From Bigelowiella natans CCMP2755 (lineage: Eukaryota; Protista; Cercozoa), in assembly GCA_000320545.1 (NCBI GenBank), contig ADNK01001626.1, positions 11,435-75,434 of the forward strand: a DNA stretch of 64,000 bases, written 5' to 3'. How positions within the stretch are numbered: position 1 is the stretch's first letter; each line of letters opens with the position of its first letter. Below are positions 53,386 through 64,000 of this stretch, one piece after another. The notes beneath the pieces were generated by a model. It made no database searches, was not told the origin of the DNA, and saw nothing but the letters and a program-made list of their open reading frames with translations. The translations under genes and the position numbers were made by a program.

Positions 53386-53759
53386 TGTGCCTTATGTACT
53401 GTTAGATTTGAGTCTGTTTAGAATCTGATTTTATCATACGACAACCTGATTCTGTTGTCTTAATAGATAAAACCGCATGTGTATTTACACATCCTGTGCT
53501 TCCAGAAATTGTTGTAAATATTGCAAGAATGTCGGTGCCAGGATCGCAGAGAGTAGGATGTATCATCGATGGATAATCTCCAGCCAGAAAGGTGTTCTTT
53601 GGGAAAGGCGATTTTTGGTATTTTTAGATTTTCCGCTGCCTCGAGAAGTTCTTACTGCGTTCGTACGGCCAAGATATATTGATGTCGCAGATTATAAAAT
53701 CACCTGTATTTCACATAAAATGCTTGAACAGAAACGAAGAGGCAGATTCCCGAACCAAG

Positions 53760-54221
53760 ATGGCCGGCGATCGTAATGGCCACGCCGATGATGATGAGGG
53801 CGAGACTGTTCTCAGCTCTAGCACAGCGGGCAACGAGGCTGGAAAGCCTGTTGAGCAACATCCTCCCGTGTGGATGGTTCACGCAGCACTGGTTCTCGCA
53901 CAAGTCATATTTGGGGGTGGTTCTGTCGTTGGCAAGGTAGCATGTTATCCGGTTATTTGCGTAGGCCTTTGATTGATCCTGATTGATTCTGTCATTTATA
54001 CAGCTTGGGATTGATAAATTCAACCCAATTTTATTCGCATTTATCCGGGAGGGCTCTGCAGGACCAATACTTTGCATCTTCGCCTATCTGAAGGATAGGG
54101 TGCTGCCCAATCCGAAGCACATCTGGTGGTTTTTTTGGACAGGGCTTTTCATCTTCTCCAACCAAGTAAGTGGTCAGTGCAAGGGGAATAGTAAGTAGTA
54201 GTGGTAGTAGTGGTAGAAGTG

Positions 54222-54260
<39 letters not shown>

Positions 54261-56120
54261 AAGAAGAAGAAAAATATTCTCACAAGGTCGATTCCCTGTC
54301 CCTCTCTTCGCTCTGACCATTCTTACTGTTACTGTTCGTCCTTCCCTGCTCTACTTTTAGTTGTGTTTCATAGTTGGAATAAAGCTCTCGAATGCCGTGG
54401 TGGGTTCTGCATGGCAGCCATCTCAAGCGGTACCTAGGATAGATGACAGCCTTCTCAATTTAGTGTCTACGTGCAACATAATCATAATTCAATTGAAATG
54501 TGAGAGTATTCCATTTGGAGATTTTGCGTGCAAATGAAGTTATAAGCACACGCGCGTGCGCACTCACACACACGCACGCCACACGGTCTACATAGAAATT
54601 ATACGCAGTCTGGCGTTTATAATTCATGCACCCCTCCGTATTCTTTCAGGTGATGGTTACGGCGATAGCTATTGCTATAGGAAGGGTAGTACACATTGCG
54701 CCCAAATTACCATTTGAAAACGAATGAATCTTCCACGCCTGTTAGTAACAAGACAATGCGTTAACTACCTGCAGGAGAAGGCCACAAGTTTTAAGATTCT
54801 TGGCATTCTACTAGCATTTGGTGGTGCGGCGTTCATCGTGTTCTATGGCGCTCACATGAAAGCAGGCTCTGCAGGTACTACGTGAATGTTTTAAGGCTTC
54901 CATTTTCCTCCTCTATAGAAAGGAAAAATTGAGGTTGACGTTACCCCTGATTTTGTTTTCATTCAGAACTGGCAGGAAATATTCTCTACTTCTTCAACTG
55001 CCTCGGAACCGCATTGTATGTGATCTGCGCGAAACCCATAATGAAGCATTATCCTAGTATGTCAGTGACAGGATGGTCCTACATAATGGCGTCCGTCATG
55101 ATGGCGGTTGCTTGCCTCGCCGCGAACAACATCTCTCCAGTCTACAACTTCATATGCGACGACTGTCCCCCAGGATCAAAGTACTACAAGAATACATCAG
55201 ATGGGCAGAGGCGCGGTGGGGGAAAGGAAAGGGGAGGGGGGGGGGGAAACCGAGCGAAGATTAATATTGCATTGTAATATCATCATAGGTGGCATGTTCC
55301 AATGAACGCGGTGTACGCGCTGCTGTACTGGATTTTACTGACCTCCGTCGGAGCATACTTGTTAATGACGTGGGGAAACAAATATGCAGGTGACAGTAGT
55401 GGCAGCACAAGAGCACGTGATAAGTATAATATGTATAAGGTTAATAGCAATAATCGTTTTGCTTCCTATCTAGATGCATCACTCGTGCTTGCTTACACGC
55501 CTCTCCAACCCACCACCTCCGCCATCGTATCTGCCATCTTAATAGCAGCTGGGTAAGCATTTACAAAGAGAAACTAACTTCGAAGAAAGAAAGAAATCAG
55601 GCGAAAACTTTCCGATACGGCCCTTGAACACGCTTATAACTCACAATTGTGGTTCATGTGATATTTTATTGTGGCAGCTTTAAAGGAAAACTTCGAGAAC
55701 CTGGGCTGAACATCTTGGGAGTGATTGGAATATTCATCGGTCTGGCATTTGTCGTGTACGACAACAGGAAAACGCAGAATGTACGGATATATTCTGTACT
55801 AATGATGCTTGCGTAGCCTTTTCTTCTCAATAGAATTCTCGTTTATTACGAAATGCATCGATAAATTGTCTCCCGTTAAGTTCCTCCTTTTCCAAATATG
55901 TGTTAAAAGGTTTAGCTCGCTTGTGAATAGTTCTTTATCTTTATCGATCGCCTGATAATACCGTCCCTGCTTTTTCTTTCAGGAGAAAGGAACCAAATAC
56001 CTGCAAGTTAGAACTTTGGGTGAGAAGAAGGATGTTGCCATTAATAACGTCCTGCACGATTCGAAAGGACAAGAATCGTCAAGTGTCGGCGATTTTGACG
56101 ATGACAACCGCAATATTTAG
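53760..56120 (+). CDS. EamA/DMT-family (WAT1-like) membrane transporter
   Basis: About ten TM segments in two repeats: VHAALVLAQVIFGGGSVVGK, FNPILFAFIREGSAGPIL, KILGILLAFGGA, GNILYFFNCLGTALYVI, LVLAYTPLQPTTSAIVSAIL. Confidence 0.88.
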
Positions 56121-57381
56121 TTTAGTTGCATCCTCAAGACTGTCATTTTACATTCTCAGCATGTGAATACAGGTGTACACGCGGCAGCAAGATTTTCGCA
56201 AAGTACGATCTGATTACAATCCGCCCGATGTGCACACGGTGTTTCTTTTGTAATAAAGCTCCTTGATCAAGATATCCTATGTGACATCGTATTGTGTTCA
56301 TAATACTAGAATATTATGTGAGAAGTAGAGCTAGCTGCATGCATACGAGCAATGGGCGCCTTTCTTGCGAGTCGACGCGCGTACGTGCACCTCTAGATCT
56401 AGACATGCGTAGACAGCTGCGATGTTCATTGGTTGCCACAAACAGTGAGCATGTATGTGCATCAACAACGGTGGATCACAAGCTAGATGTTGCACATTGC
56501 ATTATTGCATTGTTCCGCTGTGTGTGCGGTCTGTCACAGCTAAATCTTCTAGTGTGCAACTCTAGAACTACATCTAGCAGCTATGCATGCATGCATGCAC
56601 GTACGTCACGCAAAGCAAAAGGTTTGATGAGAGTGAATACCTACGTATATATGGGTCCAGTCGCACGGACATCAAGAGACATTCATTGTCAGGTTTTGCA
56701 CAATTTTGCAATTGCATTGTGTTTGTGGTGCTCATCGCTAGATGTGATCTAGAGATCGGTGCTAGCTGTGTGGAGCAATGCGTGGCATCACGCGCGCACA
56801 TCAACTGATAGTCATTACTCAGGAAACTAAAGAGGCGACAGTCCATTTTCTCAAGTGTTGAGTATACTTGAATGTGCGAATGTGGGCGCATGATGCAATG
56901 GCGTGCTCGCGTGTCCAGCGTCGTTTGCAAAAAGAACATCCGAATGATGCAAGGCTCGGGAGGAAATACCGTTAGCCATCATGGCAGTAACCCTACATTA
57001 TCTCTCCTCTATCCATCTCGCCCACGGAGGAGACACACGATCAAAGTTTTCGAGGGGCATCTTTCCTCTTGCCACTCGTCCTCCTCCTCCTCTGCCGATC
57101 GATCGAATCGAGTTCGTTCGCCAGACGACACGAGAACATTGGACCATATTTTCCTGCGACAAAGAAGTGTCGATGTCGCTCCCAGAATTCCGCTCTCCTC
57201 AGCATAATTCCCCGACGTTTTTCCCCGTGTGCGACATGAAACAATACGTTGACGTAGAACAAAAAGCGCCTACATTTGGTCGATTTCGGCAATTTCGGCA
57301 CTCGGCAACGGTCCCTATTTTGTTTACTTTCCACCCCCTGACTGAACACGGCACCGTGGTCTGGAACAACGCAGGAATACC

Positions 57382-59677
57382 ATGGGAGCTGCAAGCAAGG
57401 AGACCAAGAAGAAAAATGGCCCGAAAAAAATCACAGGAAAGAAGGGGAAAACCAAAAAGCCGAAGAGCAAGGACTCTTCCGCCAAGAAAAAGCGAAAACG
57501 ATCTGAGGAAGAGAGCAAAGATCTAGTGAAAGAGGAGCCTCCAGCTTCCAAGAAGCCCAAGACCAAAAAGAAGAAGGAGAAATCTTCAGGTGATATCGGG
57601 GTGGCCGTTCGCAGGAGCCCAAGGTTACATCCAGAAGCCACTCCAGATTCTGGAATGCAGGCAATGGACCTCCAACAGGTTCTGGCTATACATGCGTTTG
57701 AAAACGAATATCTGTATAATTTCACGAACCAATCGGTCTCATGGCTATCACTATTTTATACGGCTGGTTCATCGAACTGTATCTTCTTATTCAGAACAAA
57801 GACGATGGCAAAGACAAGCACGGAAACCCTCCAATTTCAGATGTAAGATGTTTATTATTGTACATGTTTGATTTAATTTTATGTGATCTGAAGGGGTACG
57901 AGCAACATGTGAAGAAGGCTCCCCACAGTTGTGACTGATTACATCCCACCTGTGTGGTTTTGGTCCCTTATTCAGTACAATATCTCGAAACGGTCGCAGG
58001 AGTTGCTATTGAAGCGCGGCATAACACACCTGTTCCCAATCCAGGTTTCTTGCCTTCAGACGAGAAAATCAATGTTTTCGTTCTTTGTGTTGCATTCGGT
58101 TGTTTGTACGGGATGCATCTATTTCTTGTTTCTAATCGAGTCGTTTTTGTGCCATTTGGTCAGGCGCAAACTTTCGATATGATATACGAGAAGACCGACG
58201 TTTTGGGACGAGCTAGGTCACGATATAGCATTTTTAAAAAAAAAAGAATTTATGCATGGGATTTGCAGCCAAGAAGATCTCGGTCATTCTTAATCCACCG
58301 CTCAAAGTACGATTGAATATATGTGTGTAGGACTGGTACCGGGAAAACGCTTGCTTTTACCCTACCAATTGTTGAGAGGTATTTCACGCAGTCACGTTGC
58401 TTGACCATTCAATGAGGTGCCAATTGTATAAAAGCGCCTATTTCTCATTTTGCTACACCTCAAATTTTTTGAAGCAAATGCGGTATTACTCCTCCTGCTG
58501 CTGCTACTCCTACTGAAAACACCTTCTCTCATTTCTTCTCTAAAAGGCTTGCAAAGTCAACGAAGTATGGTCGCGCTCCTCGTGTAGTGGTAATTCTTTG
58601 GCTGAATCGTCGTGGTACCCATTTCTCACTATTTCTCTGCTGGAAAGGTCCTAGCTCCTGTCCGAGAATTAGCAAATCAGGTCAGCGGAATTAAGTCACA
58701 AGAGTATATATTACCAGTTTGAGTAAAGAACCACGAATGTATGAATTAAGTAGACATTATGCAGAAACAATGCTGAGATTGTAGCGAGCTGTATTGCTGT
58801 CAAAACAGCGCTTTCAGACTGGGAACGAGCCATAGGATTGCTCTCTTGTTATTGGGAGCAATCCGAGAAAATCCCAGATTCAAAGAAAAAATACACTTAA
58901 TACAAACGTCGGCACAACTGCTTGTTTGTATTCTCTGTGTAGGTTTCGATGGAATTTAAGAATTTGGAAAAGCTCACCACGCTCGTGGTCTACGGTGAGG
59001 ATGATACTCTCTGCTGCGCCCACATACTTTGTAAACAGTCTCGCCTGGCTCTTTGATTGGATGGGCTTTTCCTTGTATTCTAAGTCTTGCTAAAGATTGC
59101 TTTGTATCTGTTGTGGCCAACTTCTCCAGGTGGCGCTCCGTATGGTCCTCAAATCTCGCAGATGAATAAAGGGGTGCGAATAATGAAGCGTCATCACCAT
59201 TGTCTTGAAATCATTATTACTGTGCATTGCGTCCAAACGAGAATCAAACGTCTCAATAATATTACTCTTTCTTGTCGCCTCTGGTACTCTCCTCGTTATG
59301 CCAACATCGATTCGTTTTGTGCTTCATCGTGGAGGTGCTAAGTAATAAGATGATAACCTCTGCTGCAATCCTAGGTCGATGTCGTTGTTGGGACCTGCGG
59401 TCGGGTTAAGGATCATTTGGGTAGTGAATAGTAAATTATAGAAAATAGTTATTAGCGTACACAAATGACCTACGATCTACTAATATGGCGGTGATATACA
59501 TGATATGTCTATATGCTTTCCGAAGAGATTGGTTGTGCAGTCTAATGGTGGGATATCCATATTTTCTTCCAATGATTTCTTTACGTTTTGATGATGCTGG
59601 TACAGAAAAAGGAAATCTGAAGTTTTCGGACGTTGAGGTATTACATAGAATACACACACACACACACACATTAAATA

Positions 59678-59715
<38 letters not shown>

Positions 59716-61585
59716 TAGATACATAATTCTTTGCTTCGATATGCGCATGTCTTTGAGAGGGAATTGTCAATGCACACTCGCTGTTAGGTCGTGATTCTGG
59801 ACGAAACCGATGAAATGCTCAATATGGGGTAGTAACAATACGAAGAACAGAGGAGGAGGAGGAGGAGGAGGAGGAGGAGAATTATCAAATCTATTTTCCG
59901 TGGCATTGTACTCATTATGTGACCAGTACATTGACTTTGCTCCCCTCCTCCGTTTGATCATCCCGTCATCATCATCAATCGTCACTTTTCCGAATCGCCA
60001 CAATGCAAACTCGTCAGATTCGCTGAGGACGTGGAGGCGATCTTGAACTACATCCCAACGGAAAGGAAATCTGAGGTAGGTATTATCGATAGCTCTACTC
60101 GATATAGCATGTGCTTGGCAGGTCGTATATAACGCTTGTTTGATGATGATAAAGGTACAGACCTTGTTGTTCTCCGCGACAGTCCCAAACTGGTAGTTAT
60201 TCTGCACAATTCATTCCGCATATGTATTGCATAAAATGACGTGTGTTTGCGTGTGCCCCGCAGTTTACACGTCCATCCAGATTAAGGATGATGAGACTCT
60301 TCTTTGTTGTCTATTCGTGCCATTATTCTCATTTTCAGGGTGAAGAAGGTGAGCGACAAGTACTTCCGCTCAAACAAGAAGGTAGCACTACAAAATCGGG
60401 GGAATTCTACAAATATTTGACTTTCTTGACTCACATAGTGTTTTCTTTGGTCCTCATCTTGTGAAATTGCCATCAGAATCATTGTTTCTCTCGTATATTT
60501 GGTGGTGGTGGTGGTAGTGGTGTGTGTGTGTGTGTGTGTTATTTCTAAGTATTATTTGCGAAATTATCCCCCCCCCTCCCCCCTTCACTTTACGCAGGTT
60601 GTAGATTTGGTAGGAGACTCGAAGCAGAAGGCGTCCACAGGTCATGATAGATAATTAAGCAGCTTCTTACCATTAACTTTGAGGCGGTGGCGCATATGAG
60701 ATTCATTGAGATGTTACGCTCAATAGCACCTTATTTTTCATTGAACCAAAAAAGACGTCGAGCACTTGCTGATCTCTTGTCACTGGAATGAGCGCAATGC
60801 CGTCATCAACGACATCATCCAGGCCTATGGAGGGTACGTAGCATTAACATCGTTTGCTTTCATCATCATCACCATCATCATCATTTGTTCCTCCTGCTAA
60901 AGCCAGTTTATCATCGTTAATTGCACAGGACGGACGGGCCCGAGGGTAGAGTCATTTGCTTCACCGAGACCAAAAAAGACGCCAACGAGATGGTAATTAC
61001 AACAACTAAAAGTGGTCAGTCTGTGTGCGCGAGGAAGATGCCTTTATCCGTACCAAGACCATAGTAGCTCTATTTGGAGGTCATCATATTTGTGATTACG
61101 AAACACACACAGGTGATGAGTGGAGACATCAAATTCGAGTGCCAGCCTCTGCACGGTACATCGTCGCTGCTAGTCGTATCTCTCGATGAATGCCTGAGTA
61201 TTGTACGCTTCGTTTGCTGCTCTTGCGGTTTTGCAGGTGATATTCCGCAGAAACAGCGTGAGACGACTATTGCTGGCTTCAAAAGAGGTGGAAATTCATT
61301 CGTGCTGCATTTGAGTATAATAGATTATCACCAGCGATATGTGATATAAATTACGCACGTTGTAGATGTTTTGAAAGCAAGCAGGTTGCTCTCTTCTGAC
61401 AACAATTATAACCGCATATTACTGGTAACCTTAGGCACATTTAGAGTGCTGATTGCCACGGATGTCGCGGCGAGGGGTATGTGAGCTCATCATTCCTCTC
61501 AATAGTGAATGGGTGTTGCGTGGAATGTGTTGGCCTGAAACTAACTTCATATGTGCGGGTGTGTATGTGTTTGTATGTGTTTGTA

Positions 61586-61633
<48 letters not shown>

Positions 61634-61830
61634 TGTGTTTAATGGATTTGCTGGAACGATGTTACCAGGCATTGATATCAGCGGCGTGCAGCTTGTTATT
61701 CAAATCGAGCCTCCCCAGTCTTATGAGACCTATGTGCACAGGTCTGTGTATGGGAAGAATAGGGAGAGGGGGGAGGGATGCAAAACGAAAGCATAGTTGA
61801 ATGAAGGTGTTATATATGTAATCAGTTTTA

Positions 61831-61881
<51 letters not shown>

Positions 61882-61981
61882 AAACACATTCTTCTTCCAA
61901 CTCATGATATACACCACATCCATTAAGATCGGGAAGGACTGGCCGGGCAAATACAAAGGGGGTATTATGCCGTCAAGCACA

Positions 61982-62017
<36 letters not shown>

Positions 62018-62095
62018 AGCGCAGTTTGCAGAATCTGTGGGAGCTTAGACAGCTGGCGGAGCGATGATACGCGGATATATCGACGATTTCTATTC

Positions 62096-62143
<48 letters not shown>

Positions 62144-62395
62144 GCTGGATTTTTTTTAACTAACTGGAAAATGCGTAATAACAGGTGAGCGTGCTATTCT
62201 ACACGGCGAAGCAACGCTGGTAAGTCTTATCTCCATCATTCCCACGCATGATAATAGCAATTGCAGGAGCAAAGCATTCTTCCCTGTATTCGTTACGAAT
62301 TATCTCATATAGCCAATTCTTCTGCCATTGTCATCTTAGGTACGTCAAAAACATCGAGAGGAATGCTCAGATCAAATTCAAAAGGTATGTGTGTG

Positions 62396-62435
<40 letters not shown>

Positions 62436-62913
62436 TTGAGGAAGGGGGGGGGGGGGGTAGCAGTGCGTGGGGTATCATCGTGCTAATATAGCTGTTTTGC
62501 CTTTTCTCGTCATCTGACACATTATCATCATCATCTTCTTCTTCTTCTTCTTCTTCATCTCCATCATCCTCATAACTGTTACCACCAGGGTTGGCCCTCC
62601 AAGCACAAAGTCTCTGATAAAGGTGATCGATCTGATGACACATAAGATGAAGAAGATGAAGAAGACGATGATTACGCAGAAAAACTATCTGACGTCCAAA
62701 ATGCTATTTTCTCCATCGATCTCCTCTTCTTTTTAATTTCTTGAATTCTTATTCCTTGACCCCTCCCTCTTCCCCATGTCGTTGTCACGTATGAAGGCAT
62801 CGATTGGAAAGCTGGAGAAGAAACTTGAGTCGGTGTCAGATGAAGTCGTCCCTCTTTTCAGGTTTCGAATGGGACAAATATCGTCCTTCATATATGCATA
62901 GTGCGTGTCTTTA

Positions 62914-62956
<43 letters not shown>

Positions 62957-63405
62957 GATCAAAGCGACGAGGCTAAGCGCTTGTTGGAAGAAATGGACAC
63001 CGTAGACATCCTAGCAAGGGCTCTAGGTATGCTGAATTAAAGAACAGCGTTCAGATCGCTTTGAATGCGCCATGGTTGCCTCCTTTTTACATGCCAGAGA
63101 TCTAGCTGGTGGTGATATTGGTGATGATGATGGTGGTGATTTGGTGATGATGATAAGGAGGAGGAGGAGGAGGAAGGGTTGTAAGGCAGCAAAATAATTC
63201 ATCTTGTCCTGAGCGCTGCCGTTTCTTTTTCTATCTAACAACTATTCTGTCCTCCTCCTTAGTTGAGAGCAATCAAGAACAAAGAACACTCTTAAACACA
63301 CACACACACACATAAACACACAAACACTTACCACGTTAGCTGTTATTTCGGGCCACACGAGGAAGCTCGCATCTAGGAGTGAGTAGCTGTGTACATAAAT
63401 ACATC

Positions 63406-63455
<50 letters not shown>

Positions 63456-64000
63456 GTATGTAATATTATTAGTTAAGAACGCCATATGTGGAAAGTAGAT
63501 AGAAACTGTGATCTAGTGTTTTCGTATCCTTATATCGGTCTCTTTTCTCAGGTATCTTGACCTCCTCGAAGGGGTTCATTACTGTTTATGTGAAAGGTAA
63601 TGCTTCTCCTAGTGCTGCTTTTGGGCGGTTGCCGCTCAGATGCATGATAGCGACGATTCTTGATCGAGGAGTTATGGTGATGGGATTGATGAAATTAATG
63701 GCGATGATAAGTATAGAGGAATGATCTGGGATTTTCCTCCTATTTTCCTCTTCTAATCTTGGAGTCATATAGCTCACGACACGTCACAATCTAGGAAGTC
63801 TTCAACGAAGAGTTGTCAATCTAAGACAAAGTGAAATATAATATCGTGCAGGCAAGCAAAGCATCCGCTCCATGACGTACGTGTGGAACATCATCCGGAG
63901 GCATATCTTCGACCAACCTGACGACAAGGTAGTAACTTGAGGAGCAGAGCAATGGAAGAAGGAGAGAGAGTTAGAGAGAGAGAGGAGGGGAGGGGGGGGA
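57382..64000 (+). CDS. DDX21: Nucleolar DEAD-box RNA helicase DDX21/DDX50/RH7 family, more than 30 short exons, 3' end outside the window
   Basis: Lys-rich N-terminus; Q motif GITHLFPIQ; ARTGTGKT; APVRELANQ; DETDEML; FSAT; LHGDIPQKQRE; ATDVAARG; YVHRSGRTGRA; LARALAVISG leading into the GUCT region. Confidence 0.9.

Noticed and set aside
59790-59830. DETD instead of DEAD, implying an inactive helicase
   Set aside because: The third position varies in the DDX21 family (for example DEVD) and the catalytic D-E-x-D is intact.
1-64000. tRNA, rRNA, snRNA or intact transposase/reverse-transcriptase genes
   Set aside because: GTTCGA-like hits lack cloverleaf context and no such motifs were recognised by eye.

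Overview
Intron-rich eukaryotic nuclear DNA (GT-AG introns of about 50-350 nt, many microexons, microsatellite-filled introns). The style resembles a chlorarachniophyte (Rhizaria) such as Bigelowiella, but the taxon is an inference. About 14 spliced protein genes were reconstructed by hand: CC2D2A/MKS6 (3' end outside the window), SEC63, a METTL24-like methyltransferase, an R1R2R3 MYB, a HAD hydrolase, an HSPA13/STCH-type Hsp70, a Cys-degenerate BUD31 paralogue, TAF4, a PTS1 hot-dog thioesterase, an EamA/DMT transporter, a DDX21/RH7 helicase (3' end outside the window) and several hypothetical genes. Most are arranged as divergent pairs. The most striking signal is non-genic. Two intergenic islands (7835-8641 and 26919-27345) have almost no TpA dinucleotides (2 in 807 nt and 0 in 427 nt by hand count). 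Both carry gene relics in which Tyr codons appear to have become His or Cys. This points to a targeted TpA->TpG/CpA hypermutation process, the reverse polarity of fungal RIP. Every spacer at a gene 3' end is also a CTAG/CATG/TGCA palindrome-rich block. All gene models are manual and the terminal exons are approximate.
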